From NCBI RefSeq assembly GCF_030684315.1, contig NC_081377.1:24800001-24864000 (forward strand): 64,000 bases of DNA, given 5' to 3'. This DNA comes from Stegostoma tigrinum. Lineage: Eukaryota. The stretch's first letter is position 1. Each line of letters begins with the position of its first letter. Positions 1 to 13,615 of the stretch are shown piece after piece. Both the position numbers and the translations under genes were made by a program. Under the pieces are notes generated by a model. It was not told the DNA's origin. It saw nothing but the letters and a program-made list of their open reading frames with translations, and did no database searches.

Positions 1-867
1 GTTAGAGTAAGTGATGAAGGTGTGAAGGACGAACATCACATACCAGTTGATAAAAATGTGATGATTCAAGAAGCTGCTTTAGCGTTCCTGTAGTTGGAGG
101 AGCTGTCCCTAACAAACTCATAAGAGATCAAAAAAGCAGTTTGATTTAATTGGCAAGTAAACTAGAAGAGGAAATTCCTTCCACAGTTCTCAAGACTGAG
201 ATAATTGAAGGACTAGCACAGTATTTGGGTCTAACAGATATATAGGAGAGAAGGTACTCCAAATTGAAGGCCATCAGAATCAGTTCACATTGAGTGATTT
301 TTAAAGAATCTTGAGTAAAGAATGAAGATGTTGGGAACAGAGATAAAAATGAACAAGAACTTAATGGAGTTAAGTTTGAAGAGAAAGACAGAGAACAAAC
401 ATTTCAGAAGAAAGACAAGAAAAGGGAAATGGATTTGAAAAAGATGGAAATGAGAAGGCTGGATGTTGGAGTGCAAATGAGAGGGAGAGAGGGGAAGAAA
501 AAGACTTGAAGTTTAAAATGATGCAGTTTTAAAAGAAGGCCTCGGTAGCTGAAGAGGGCTCTGATGGGGAACATTTTAGTCATAATCAGAAATCCAGTGA
601 AGAAATGTTTAAATTTGTACAGGCCTTATGAAGGTTTGATGAAAAGAATGTGGAGACATTTTTTATGTCATTTGAGAAAATTGCAAAGCAAGTGAATTGA
701 CCAAAATAAACACTGAGCATTGACTATGCAGAGCAAGTTGGCAGGTAAAGCATAGGAAATGTATCCTTCTCTGTAATAGGAGATGCCTTAGGATTATGAC
801 ACTGTTAAAAAAAAATTGTTTGCATAGTTAGCTGTGGAAACACAGAGAATTGTTTCAAAATTTAAGA

Positions 868-999
868 AAACCAAAAGAACTGTGGATGCCGCTAATCAGA
901 AACAATAATAGAAGTTGTTGGAAAGGCTTAGCAGGTCTGGCAGCATCTGTGAAGAGAAATCAGAGTTAACATTTTCAGTTGAGAAACCCTTCTTCAGGA
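868..999 (-). mobile_element. Penelope-like pLTR fragment (family B) inserted in Gypsy gag
   Basis: Matches the repeat aaaaccaaaagaactg..gctcagcaggtctggcagcatctgtg..gttaac..cccttc.tcag also seen at 22.1, 35.1, 40.4 and 44.7 kb. Confidence 0.8.
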
Positions 1000-2108
1000 C
1001 TTGTTCATTCAGATTGGTGGAGGTTGCAAGGAAAGCCCATGGGACAGGCTGGGATTTGGAAGAATGAGTCTGAAAATGGAACGCTAGGAAAATAGCTCAA
1101 CCTAAATTTTAGCTTTATCAATAGCCAGGAAACAGGGGGTAAAGATTTCTAAGAGTGCAAGTGAAGTATTTGGGCTACATGATAGATATAAAGGGTTTTT
1201 ATCGAAAGGGAAAATAACTCCTTTTACTTCCAATGATGCTATTAAAACAATAACTATATTAAGGGACACTGGAGATACTGAGACTTATTTGCCAGAGAAA
1301 TATCTTGTTTTCCCTCCAGAGAGAATGAAAGCCAAAGTGTTAATAAATGGGTTAGGTGGACATTATGTTCCAGTTCCATCGTGCAAAGAAATTGGAGTGT
1401 GATTTATTATCTAGACCTGTCATAGTTGGAGTAGTTAAGAAATTGTTTGCGCACTGAGTGAACTTACACCTGGGTTATGGTTTGACTGGAACAAAGCTTC
1501 ATCCACAACCATGGAAAGCCAAAGGGAAGTTAAAAAGGTGGAACAGTTACTGCAAATACTTCCATGTATTTTTCCATCACCTGTCATGACCAGGGCAATC
1601 ATCTAAAAAGGCCCATCACCAGAGTTAAGTTAAAATTGCAAGCAATTATCAGAACAGCTGAAACTTCAATGAAAGGAAATATTTAGTATATCTACTTGAA
1701 TTGAAGGTCAGAAATCAAACCCAGAGTTATGTTAGTTGGCATTGACATCTTACTGAAACTGAGGCTGTAGGAGTTTTGGCATACTATTATATTCAGGCAA
1801 GAGTTCTGAAGAGGAAATGAAGACACCCTCACAGATCTGTGAATGCAAAATAACTTGTTGCTCTTTCGCCAGTGGTACTATCCAGATATTATAAAGAGTT
1901 ACTGCAAGTAGCACACAAAATTAAACATGTGGGAATAGGGAAAACACAAGTATCAATGTATAGGCATTTTACATGACAACGCTTCATAAGGGCACTGTGC
2001 AATTCTATTAAGTGTCTCATACAAGTTTGGTATTATGAGAGATTCAATGTGTAATCAAACTGGTACCTTTGACACCAATCTCAATTTTTGAAGACATATT
2101 CTTTGGAA

Positions 2109-2424
2109 TAGATTAGATGCCCCACAGTGTGGAAACAGGCCCTTCAGTCCAACAAGTCCAAACTGCCCCTTGAAGCATCCCACCCAAACCCATCCAACTA
2201 TAACTCACACACCCCTGAACACTACGGGCAATTTAACATGGCCAATCCACCTAACCTGCACATCTTTGGACTGTGGGAGGAAACCGGAGCACCCAGATGA
2301 AAACCACGCAGCCGCGGGGAGAATGTGCAAACTCCGCACAGACAGTAGCCCGAGGCTGGAATCGAACGCAGGTCCCTGGTGCTGTGAGGCTGCAGTGCTA
2401 ACCACTGAGCTACCATGCCACCCC
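2109..2424 (-). mobile_element. HE1-type tRNA-derived SINE inserted in the Gypsy integrase
   Basis: The minus strand begins ggggtggcatggtagctcagtggttagcactgc (A box), has a gttcgattcc B box, and ends in a CR1-like tail gggcctgtttccacactgt...tctaatcta. Confidence 0.9.
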
Positions 2425-3879
2425 AAGTTTTAATAAATTATGCAGGACCATGAACCAAAACTAAAGCAGGACATCAGTATATCCTTACAATTACAGATAT
2501 GACAGCCTAATTTATAGAAACTATCCCCTTAATGACAATTAAACCTAGATAGTGGTGGAAAGGTTGACTCAATTTAAAGTATATTAATTGAACTCCAATC
2601 TGTTCAAGGTTCTAATTTTATGTCAAAATTTTTGCAAGGCCTGGCTAGCAATGTGGGTATAAAACAGTTGAAGTCTATCATCGACCATCCACAAACACAG
2701 AGAGCTTTGAGTCGATATCATCAAACTCTCAAAACAATAATGGTTATAGTCTACTATCATGAATACTCACAGGGAATTAGACAAAGAATTAGATTTCTTA
2801 CTATTTGCTACCAGAGATTTCTCCTATGATTCTATTAGGATCAGTCCATTTGAACTGATCTATAGCCATGAAGTAAGAGGTCAATCAAAAATGATTAAGT
2901 CCTTCTGTAAAAAAGGAAACCTGTGTTTGGTTACATGTCCTTGTTGCCATAGAGACTGGCAGGCACATGGAAGGTCAGACATAGGAGCATTAGAAACTTC
3001 ATAAGCAAAATGAAAGAATGGGCAGGCAAGTGAGCTATGACTTGATCATTTCAGGAATGGGCCAAAGTATTGATATTATTGCCTTTACAAGGTTAGCTTC
3101 TGAAAGCAAAACTCATTAGGCCATTAGGAGGGTTACTAAAGTGACTCATGCAACAGATACTCCTGATTTCAGGAAGGAAATTAATCATGTTACCTGAACA
3201 TGTTGCAGTGATATCATCGCAAGGAAGAAGATGAGAAAAAGTAAGTGTGTCAAGAGTTCGGAAGGATGGCAGAGTTCTGGTGGATGATACAGGCAGCAAG
3301 AGTGAGGTGGAAAAAGTAGGAGACAATTCACAAAGTGAACCTCCTACCATTTGATGAGCCAATGTGGAAATACTAAGACAATTTGACACTGCTTTCTCAT
3401 ATTTTGGGGAAGGACAGTGAGAAGGTCTAATAGGGTTCCTTAAATATAAAGAAATCTGAGGTTAAACTCCTGGGCATACAATGTTATCAATGTAGGAGAC
3501 TCAGTTCTGATAAAACAAAACCCTTATCTGTTAATATCAGGCAAACAAGCTCAGGTGGAGATTTAAATGCAAGATGGAAAATGATTTGACTGAATCTAGC
3601 TAAAACAGCTAGAATTAACACTTGTAGTGAATTCCAAGTTGGATAAGTGGTACCATTTGAATTTTAAGACCAGCTACATTCCAAAGATGTACGAGTCAGC
3701 CATAGCTAAGGTCCTAATTGTGTAGTTTATTTCAAGGATAATGATCATATACAGTAAGACTTGGAAAGAGAATCCAGGTCAATTGTAGGACCCGTTTAAG
3801 AAACTGCAGTGGGCTGGTTTCATGTATATCTGGCCAAAAGTAAAATTACAAAAATCAAGAGTAAAGTGCTATAGCTAAG

Positions 3880-5788
3880 CCACAAAAAAAGGTATAAAGA
3901 AAAGAAAGATAGATTATGAGAGTAAACTAGCTAAGAAAAGACTACAAAAGTTTCTATAACTATGTAAATCGTAAAAGAGTTGCAAAGGTAAACATTGGTC
4001 CTTTAGAGGATGAGAAAGCCAATTAAATAACTGGTATTGAGGAAATAACCAAGACATTAAATAGTTATTTTGTGTCAGTCTTCACAGTGGAAGACACAGA
4101 TAACATGTTGAAAACTAATAGCAAGAAGGTTAGAGCAAGTGAGGACCTAGAAACGATTGTCATCACTAAGAAGGCAGTGCTGGGCAAGCTAATGGGACTA
4201 ACGGTAGACAAGTCTCTTGACCCTGATGAAATGCATCCCAGGGTATTAAAAGTGGTGATGGGGGAAATAGCAAATGCACTCGTAATTATTTCCTAAGATT
4301 CACTGGATTTTGGGGTGGTTCCCACAGACTGAAAAACAGCCAATGTGACACCACTGTTTAAAAAAGGAAGTAGACAAACAGCAGGTAACTATAGGCCAGT
4401 TAGTTTAACTTCAGTACTGGGGAAAATGCTTGAATCTGTCATTAGGGAAGAAATAGCAAGACATCTGGATGTAAATTGTCCCATTGGGAATACCCAGCAT
4501 GGGTTGACAAAGGATAGGTCATGTTTAACTAATTTGGTGGAATTCTTTGAGTACATTACTTGCATGGTGGACAATGGGGAACTTGTGGATATGGTGTATC
4601 TGGATTTCCAGAAGGCATTTGACAAGGTGCCACACCAAAGGCTGCCCCATAAGATAAAGTTATGGATATTGCCGGTAATGAATTGGCATGGATAGAGGAT
4701 TGGTTGACCAGTAGAAAGCAAAGAGTAAGGGTAAATGGGTGTTTTTCTAGTTGGCGGTCAGTGGCTCGTGGTGTGCCTCAGGGATCAGTGTTGAGACCGC
4801 AATTGTTTACAATTTACATCGATGATTTGGAGTTGGGGACCAAGTGTGGTACGTCAAAACTTGCGGGTGACACTAAGGTGAGTGGTAAAGCAAAGTGTGC
4901 AGAAGACGCTGAAAGTCTACAGAGGAATGTAGGTAGTCTAAGAGAGTGGACAAAGGTCTGGCAGATGGAGTACAATGTTGATAAGTGTGAGGTCATCCAT
5001 TTTAGTAGGAACAACAGCAAAATAGCCTATGTTTTAAATGATAAAAAATTGCAGCACGCTGCTATGCAAAGGGACTTGGGTGTCCTTGTGCATGAATCGC
5101 TAAAACTAGGATTGTAAGTGCAGCAGGTAATTAAAAAGGCAAATGGAATTTTGTCTGCCATTGCTAGAGGGATGGAGTTTAAAAACAGGGAGGCTATGCT
5201 GCAGCTGTATAGGGTCCTGGTGAGGCCACACCTGGAGTATTGGGTGCAGTTTTGGTCTCCTTACGTGAGAAGAGATATACTAGCACTGGAGGGGGTGCAG
5301 AGGAGATTCACTCAATTGATTCCAGTGTTGAGAGGGTTGGATTATGAGGACAGACTGCATAGACTGGGCTTATACTCATTGGAATTCAGAAGAATGAGGG
5401 GAGATTTTATAGAAACATATATGATTATGAAGGGAATAGATAAAGTGGAGGCAGGGAGGTTGTTTCCACTAGCAGGTGAAACTAGGACTAGAGAGCATTG
5501 CCTCAAAATAAAGGGAAGCAGATGTAGGACTGAGGTCAGGAGGAGCTTCTTCACCCAGAGGGTTGTGAATCTCGGAATTCCCTGCCCAGTGAAGTGTTTG
5601 AAGCTACCTCACTGAATGTTTGTCAGGCAAGGCTAGATCAATTTTTGAACAGTAAAGGAATTAAGGGTTATGGTGAGCGGGCAGGTAAGTGGAGCTGAGT
5701 CTGAAAGCTCAGCCAAGATCTTATTAAATGACAGGGCAGGTTCGGAGGGCCAGATGGCCTACTCCCACTCCTAGTTCTTAACTTCTTA
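3880..5788 (+). mobile_element. 5'-truncated CR1 LINE (ORF2 RT pseudogene) inserted in the Gypsy RT
   Basis: ORFs 4072-5615 carry [49 protein letters not shown]; CR1 3' UTR ends ..ctagttcttaacttctta. Confidence 0.95.
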
Positions 5789-6575
5789 TCATAGGGCAAG
5801 GACAAGTATTGCCGAGAATGCCAAAGTGATTGCTCTGATCAAATTGCTTCCACCTTACGCTAAATGGGAAATCATGCAATTTTCAGGAAGTGTGGGACAT
5901 TTGGCCTATGTTTTCAGAACAGTAGTATTGATGAATTTGCTACAGAAACAGGCAAAAATGGTATGACTAGCAGAATTCCAGGCAACCTTTGAGAAGCTGG
6001 CAGCAATCTTAATAAATTAATTAGTGTTGAGTGGACCTGACTTTACCAAAACCTTTAAAACGGCAATTTATGCTAGTGGCTTAGGGATAGGCATTAGCTC
6101 AAAACAAAATGAAAAATCAGAAATAGAGAAGACCATGAGATACTTTCCTAAGAAATTTTTTAAAAAATCAAAGTAAGTACTTCACTTTATAAAAAGGAAA
6201 CTTTGGAACTATTATCCTCAACATCTTAAAGACTATGTCTGACTGGGTTAAATGAAATATTAATCCACAAACATTCATTGAATTGTTTAATGCCCAAAAT
6301 CCAAAGCTCTCCAGATGGAGTTTACTGATACAGCCATTCAATGCAAAGATTGTTCACATTACTGACAAAGTTAATATGATTGCAGTCACTTTTTCCAGAA
6401 TATAAAAATTATGGGATAAATTTAGAATTTAGTCAAAAGATTATGTAAGACTTTTATAAGGGATAAATGAGAGTGAATGGATTTAAGTCTTGCATTTTGT
6501 TATTCTAAGTCTCAAAAATCTGGTGATGAAACATATTTTTAAAATGGTAATTCTGCTGTATAAACAGGAGAAACA

Positions 6576-7492
6576 TGTAAAGACCACTTTTCTTTGGGCC
6601 ATGGACTTAAAATATTGAAAGAAAATACTGCTTTAGATGAAATGTCTATGGAAAAAGATGTTCTACTTTGAAAAAATGCATTTTACCAGAATTCATTGTG
6701 AATTGTATCTACAATGTGGCTTTATTCACGCAGTGAGGGAGGAGGCTAGATACCTTGACTCCTTTAGTGTGTCTAGATCAGTTTTGCTTAGTGACTGAAT
6801 TTTTACTTTTTTTTAAACCAGGGCCAGTTGTGTGTGCTCAGAAGTACTCAAGAGTATTTGGACAATACAGCACAAACACCCAGTCCATGAAGAAGAAACC
6901 ATCTCCCTCTTTCTCTTGTGAGTGAAGAAGTAAATGAAAATCCTGAGTAGCTAGCAACTCTCTCTATCTCTCTTTCTGTCTCTCTACAAATTCACTTCTC
7001 GAAAGGAGAAAGGGAAAATCCGATTTCAGAGACACTGAAAGGGTAAATCCTTACTCAGTGAAGGCCAAGAATCAGTGTGTCCACAAACTTGTGTTCTTAC
7101 CAAAGGAACCAGAATGGAACTGAAGGAAAACATCTAATGGATGCCTGTAATCCAAAATAGTTCTAGAATTGTGCTTCCGCAGCCTTTTTCTTGCTCCTGT
7201 TTGTATCTGTATGAACTTTTTTCTGAAGTGGTACAAATACGTAATAAAGTGTTATAAGTTAGTCATTCACTTTTCTTTTCTGCTGTTGGTTAAAAACAGC
7301 CCATTTTCTATAAGTTGCTGTCTTCTTGTTAAGTGCAAGAACCTGGTGAGTGTTTTTGTTTAACCAGGGTATGACATTCGGGTAAGGTTGGGACTTTTCA
7401 CACTTTAATTTAATTTTCACATGTGTAATGACTCTGGGAATAGTGGAACTTGATTTCCAGCACCCTATACCAGCAAGTCATTAAAGTTGACA
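6576..7492 (+). mobile_element. Probable 3' LTR of the Gypsy element (end approximate)
   Basis: Starts TGTAAAGAC after the purine-rich tract aaacaggagaaaca, ~170 nt downstream of the pol stop. Contains AATAAA (~7243). The 5' LTR lies outside the window, so it cannot be confirmed. Confidence 0.5.
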
Positions 7493-7663
7493 CATGACTG
7501 ACAGTGACGATGTTGAGACTGAAGCTTATATTTTCGGTTAGCTGTATTCTGCTTTATTAGATTCATTTGCAGAGACCATCTATATGTAACACATAGAACA
7601 GAATCAAGCTAATAGGTTCCAAACAATCCTAGATCGTAATCATAATTCAACTAAAATGATAAA

Positions 7664-8021
7664 ATCATAAAAGATTCCTAGAATCCCTACAATGTGGGAA
7701 GACGCTATTTGGCCCATTACATCTACACCAACACTCCAAGCAGTATCCCATCCAAACCCCCAGACCTATAACCAAACAATTTCCCCTGATTAATCCGCTT
7801 AGCCTATGCATCCCTGCACACTATGGACAATTTAGTATGGCCAATCTATCTAACCTGCATACCTTTGCACAGTGGGAGGAAACCAGAGCACCCAGAGGAA
7901 ACCCACACAGATTCAGGGAGAGGATGCAAACTCCACACAGTCAGTCACCAAAAGATGGAATTGAACCTGGGTCCCCGGTGCTGTTAGGCAGCAATGCTGA
8001 TCACTGAACCACTCTGCCACC
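7664..8021 (-). mobile_element. HE1-type SINE
   Basis: Same core (ggcaatttagcatggccaatc..gtgggaggaaaccagagcacc) and tail as 2109-2424. Confidence 0.85.
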
Positions 8022-8319
8022 TTAAATAAGTTCAAATTACTTAACCATACAAGTTTAAGGTAATGAGTAATTCTAGAGGGTATATTACATGAATGCAAGG
8101 ATGGTTATTATTAATGGTGCTTTTATTACATTTAATAATCATTGAGGAATTAATTATTTCCCTCTGCCAATATTTGGAGTATTTTTGAAATGAAGCACCA
8201 GAGTTTTGATGCAGTTATTACATTTACAAATGGTAACATTGCACATAATTTTCTTTCTTCTTCATTGTAAACCTGAAAGTTTCTTCATTTCAAAAATAAT
8301 ATTTCTATTATCTATATGC

Positions 8320-8836
8320 AGGTCGACACAACATCAAGGGCCGAAGGGCCTGTACTGTGCTGTAATGTTCTATGTTCTATCTCACGAAACTAACATATGA
8401 CAAACATTTGAGGGTTCTGGGTCTATACTTGATAGAGCTGAGAAAAATGAAGGGGGATCTAATTGAAACTTACAAAATACTAAATGGCCTGGATAGAGTG
8501 GATGTTGGGAAGATGTTTCCATTGGTAGGAGAGGCTAGGTCCTGACGGCACAGCCTCAGAGTAAAGGGAAGGCCTTTTAGAATGGAGATTAGGAGCAACT
8601 TTTTCAGCCAGAGAGTGGTGAATCTTTGGAATTCACTGCCACAGAAGGCTGTAGAGGCCAAGTCATTGAGTATAAATAACACGGAGATGGATAGCTTCTT
8701 GATTGTCAAGGGGATTAAGGGTTTTGGAGAGAAAGTGGGAGAATGGGGTTGAGAAACCTGTCAGCCATGATTGACTGGTGGAACAGACTCAATGGGCTGA
8801 ATGGCCTATTTTCTGCTCCAATATCTTATAATCTTA
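8320..8836 (+). mobile_element. Two CR1 3' fragments (tail 8320-8380; 3' end 8400-8836)
   Basis: Tail gggccgaagggcctgtactgtgctgtaatgttctatgttct, followed by a CR1 C-terminal segment and 3' UTR. Confidence 0.85.
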
Positions 8837-9231
8837 TGGAAACTGATACTATCAGATTTTCCAAGACTGATTTACCATTTAGCACCAGGCAGCCAAAATT
8901 ACTACCCAGTGCCATTTTAGGCTCTACCAATAAAACTCTAGGGAACTGACCAAAAAAATCAGAACTGTAAGCACAAATATAAAAATAAATTGATTACCTG
9001 GCCTCCAAATATTGTTGGAAAAATATGATGTATAGTATCAAAATTATTTTTATTTCGGTGTTTGAAATATTTTAAATATGCAAATTGAGGTTTTGCAGTG
9101 TGTGGCATGCCTGCCTATGAGCCATTAACTCCGAGTTTGAATCCCACTCCAAAATGCGATGGCCAGAGAATTCATAGTGCATTCAAACAGGTTGATTTAT
9201 CAACCTGCAAATCCTTTCATTTATTTTAGCT

Positions 9232-9770
9232 GCAGGGCATTGCATACAGTTCTGGTCACCACACCACCAGAAGGATGTATGTGCTTTGAATAGGGTACAG
9301 AAAAGCTTTACCAGATTATTGCTTGCTATGTAAGATTTTAGCTATAAATGAAAGGTTCGATGGCTGGGTTTGTTTTCACTGAAACACAGGAGGTTGAGGG
9401 GCAATCTGAAGTTTATAAGCTTGCAAATGGCATGGATAGAATGGAAAGAAATAGGCTTTTTTCCCAGGGTGGAGGGGTCAATTACTAGAGGACACAGGTT
9501 CAACGTACAAGTTTAAAAGAGTTTAAAAGAAATATGCAAGGCATGATTTTCACACAAAGAGTAGCGAGTGCCTGGAACATGCTGGCAAAGGAGGTGTTGA
9601 AAGCAAACACAATAGCCGCATTCAAGAAGCATCTGGACAAATGCATGAATAGGAAGGGAAAAAAGGGATCTGGGTCCTGTAAGTGAAGACAATCTTAATA
9701 TAGAAGGGCAAAATGTGTTGGCACAGGCTTGGAGGCCTGAAGGGCCTGTTTCTGAGCTCTTTGTTCTGAA
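9232..9770 (+). mobile_element. CR1 LINE 3' fragment
   Basis: cagttctggtcaccac (QFWSP) and tail gaagggcctgtttctgagctctttgttct. Confidence 0.85.
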
Positions 9771-10489
9771 TTTTCTTTATTCTTAAAAAAGTAAGGTGGT
9801 GTTGTGTATTAGCAACTAATTACAGGTGACATTGATAACGATAGATATTGTTAGAAAGACAAGGATGAGATATTAGTTGTTTTTCATTTAAGATCCTAAG
9901 CTGATATCTGCATTATGGGCAATGCTCATGGCCCTCCTCAGTATTAACATTTTCAGACTCATGTGCAACATGCACTAACTTAACATGCCGTCAATTATAT
10001 CGCTTATTGAGGTGCAGTTATCTAACCTGTATTTCACAGCAATGAAAAATATCTCAGTGCTGTTTTGAATCAAATTGACTACAGAATGCAACAGTGAAAA
10101 CCCTACAGTGGGACCACACACCATTTGGTGGACTACATTGTTTATATTAGTAGTTCATATTTGTGCTTCAGTTATGGAAAATCAATGGTTATGCATGGAG
10201 CTTTCTTATTATTCAAAGTATGATGTATTTAACTCACAATGGAAAATGAGTGACTGGTTGAAAGGTGTTCTCTGTAGCCAGTGTCTTGGTATAAATGTAA
10301 CCTTAATGCAAGATAGTCCAAGATTTGAATGACTGGGTAGTAAGAAGTAATTACACTTTTCTTTATCTTTATGTTTCCTAAGAAGAAAGCTATGAAATTA
10401 AATTACATTTGTAGCTATGCTATACTGAGATGTCACTGGAATATAGGCTACTATTTATCTTATTCTTTGGTAACAAAACAAAGAGATTT

Positions 10490-10740
10490 TAGGATAGACC
10501 CCAAAGAGAGAGGAAGATAGTTGGACAGACAAAGGAGTTGCTAACAATCAGGCTGGGAGGGAGAGTCATTGTTAATGGGGACTGTTAGTGACTAACAATA
10601 GTGGGTGTGTAAAGGTGGGCTATGAGGTAACTATGTGTAACTCTGATTTTTCCTTCACAGATGCTGCCAGACCTGCTGAGCTTTTCTAGCAACTTCGTTT
10701 TTGTTCCTGATTTACAGTATCCACAGTTCTTTTGGTTTTT
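10490..10740. mobile_element. Penelope-like family B terminal fragment
   Basis: 10637-10740 is the plus-strand pLTR B 3' part (taactctg..cacagatgctgccagacctgctgagc). The purine-rich upstream part is assigned to the element only tentatively. Confidence 0.7.
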
Positions 10741-12869
10741 GAAGACATTTTGAGCTGCTGCTGGGTTTGAAGGAGAAACATCTTCAGTAAAGAACTACCA
10801 CTCTAAATGAATTGTACTCTCCATATACAATCTGAGTACTGGCATTTCATTCTCAAGAGTCAGGTACAAAAAGCTACGGAATCCATAAGCTTACGAAACC
10901 ATAATTACATCTGTTCAAAACCAAGAAATCAGAAAAGAAAAAGACCAAAGAATATAAAAATGAGCAATAGTAATATGTTTTGAATAAATAATTTACTGAA
11001 ATACTAAGGAATGCTAACTTTGTTTAATACTGAAAATCACCACATGACAAGATAAATTTCCAACTGTTAGAATGTAAAGTTGTGTCATAGATGAAACTAC
11101 AAACTCATTCTGGTTTATGTTTCTATCTGTATGTTAGTATTCAATCAATTATGGGGAAAGAAATGTTTTAATTTGTGAGGTGCGGAACTAGTTAACATCC
11201 CAAAGCATAAACTACATGACAAATTAATAATGTCCATTATTTTCAGTTAAAACATATAAACTTTGCAAACTGTAGTTTTCATGGATTATTGAAGATCAAC
11301 TACTCAGCACAATTGTCAAGACACTAAGTGCTCTCCCAATGGCTACAGCATTCTGAATGCAAATCAACTCCATTCGATCTCACGTTTTCTAAATTGTATT
11401 TTTAATAGATGTTCAGATAAATGTATCTAATGACTTATTATTGTCTGGCAATCTCTAATCGACTGTTTTTATCTATTATTCATTTCTTTGTTGGCAGCTA
11501 TGGATGCAATCTACAGCCCATCTTTTATAATTTGCTATAAAAGCACTTTCCGTGTTACTAAACTGTTGGAATATAAAGTTGTGTCTCTCACTTCTCATAA
11601 TACATTAATGACCCATAATAGACTCCCAGTGTGATGTGTCTCTCTCTGCCATATATGTTTCCTTTGGAGACCCTGTAGTTTTATATCAACTGTTAACCAA
11701 GTGCTATTGTCTCCACTTAAATTCATATCTTCTGATCCAGGCATATGCTGTTTACAACATGGGGCTGAGAAAAGAAAAACCTTCTGACTGTTGCCACTCA
11801 TTCACAACAACAGTTCAAAACACCAATGCAACCAACTCTGGGAAGTTTTGGACAATTTGTTTATATATCTGTTCTTGTTAAAGAAAAAAATAGCTTCTAA
11901 ATCATCTGCAAATTGAATGTTATCAATGATATAATTTTTGCTGAAACATCTCTAATATTTATAATTATCATTTCATTGAATATCCTTTTAATTCCAGGAT
12001 AGTGTCAAAATTGCATTTGAAATGTTCACAATAAGTCAAAATAATGCCATACTCATAGTTATCAGGTAATTCAATCTATTCAAGTAATATAAAAAACATT
12101 AATGGCACACCATTGCAGTGCTTATGTTGTATATATACACACGTTATCCTGATAGCATTAATGAAAGTTTTTATCAAATTTGTAAAAGTAAAATTAGAAG
12201 ATTGTATAGGATTAAATACTTAAAAGTATTAAACATGCCAGAGTATTGAATGTGTTACATATTCATACTTAAATCTGTGATGATTATTTTTACTGTGGTT
12301 TATTTTGGAACATCTCTGTTACAGTGGAAATTTGCCATCTTAGTTTAGAACGTAATGCAGCAACAGGTTTCTTTATCAATGTTCTGTGTTGGTTAAAAAA
12401 AAAGGATTTAAATATGTAAAACACTTTTTACATTAGGGAATGCCTAAAATGTTTTATACTCAATTCAGCACTTCCCTGATGGAATACATATATAGGCCAG
12501 CTCCTGTACAGCAGAGTGCCACAAATAACAGTGAGATCAGAACCAGCAATCCTGCTCTTCTTGAAACGCAAGAGCCCCACATTGAACTTTACAATTAGCT
12601 GCCTTTACAATTTTCTGGCTGTGACTGCCAACGTCCAGGATTGTTCTGGAGTTTCCAGGAATTCAGGAGTACTTTCCAGGATTCTGCCATGAGTATGGTC
12701 ACTGGGACAAGTTTCAAACTAAAACGCTTGAATGTTTTGTTCCCTCATGCAAAATAGTGGGTATCGTGCAAAATGTTATTTGCCTGACTATTAAGATCAA
12801 ATTAAACGTATTGAAGATTCTGTCCATTTACCAATTGGCGTGGGAAGGTGTTGCTGTTTCATCAAATGG

Positions 12870-13615
12870 CCTGTGCGTTTAGATAAATGTAAAGTCACCC
12901 AGACTGGTGAAGGAAATAGAAAAGCAGAAGATACTTGAAAAGGTGAGAGGATAGGAAATATGTTGAGAGGCATTTACATGAGCCACAGAAAGTTAACAGT
13001 ATAGCAAGCAATTAGGAAAGCAAATGCCTTTACTGTGAAAGGATCGAAGCATGAGAGTGAGGAAATCTTTCTAACAGTATACAAGGTTTGATCTCCTGTA
13101 TGAAGGAAGGATTTTCTTGACTTAGAAAGAGTACAACAAAGGCTCACGAGACTATTTCCTGGAATGAGAGGATTATTCCTTTAGTATTTTACTAAGCTGT
13201 TTTACATATCCTTTGAGATTCGAACAATGAGAGGTGACTTCATTGAGACATTTAAAATTTCTAATAGGCTTGACAGAATGAGATGTTGGGTGCATATTCC
13301 CTCAATTCAAGAATCTACAATCGATGCTCACAGTCCCTGAAAAAGGTGTCTATCATTTGGGACTGAGATGAGAGGGAATTTCTTCAACTAAATGTTGTGA
13401 ATAACTAGAACTCTCTATCATAGGAGACTGTGAATGTTCAATCATTGATTGCATTCAAGGTGCAGATTAGTTGCCTGTTAGACACTACAGAATCAAGAAA
13501 TACAGGGATAGTGCAGGAAGATGTAATTGGAGTAGCAGATCAGCCATGGTCATTTGGATGGCAGAACTGGCTGGAAGCGAAGGCCTACAACTGCTCTTAT
13601 TTCTCATGATCTCAT
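12870..13615 (+). mobile_element. Old CR1 LINE 3' fragment
   Basis: Degenerate similarity to the other CR1 copies (aatgagaggtgacttcattgagacattt; tail ggcctacaactgctcttatttctcatgatctcatga). Confidence 0.75.

Larger units (their letters stand above)
1..6405 (+). mobile_element. Degenerate Ty3/Gypsy LTR retrotransposon internal region, Gmr1-like order gag-PR-IN-RT-RH
   Basis: Hand translation: gag-like MFKFVQAL*RFDEKNVETFFMSFEKIAKQVN*PK (~605-705); protease ITILRDTG (1250-1273); integrase Zn-finger remnant VVLSRYYKELLQVAHKIKHVGIGKTQ (~1872-1950); integrase core in ORFs 2620-2829 and 2759-3004 (GSNFMS..HPQTQRAL.RYHQTLK, LLFATRD..SPFELIYSHEVRG); RT remnants ~3450-3875 and IIGQGQVLP at ~5788; RNase H VLSGPDFTKTFKTAIYASGLGIG (~6024-6092) ending RWSLLIQPFNAKIVHITDKVNMIAVTFSRI* (stop 6403-6405). 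Many stops and frameshifts. Confidence 0.9.

Noticed and set aside
2340-2424. tRNA-like A/B boxes
   Set aside because: SINE heads continuing into a SINE body and tail, not tRNA genes.
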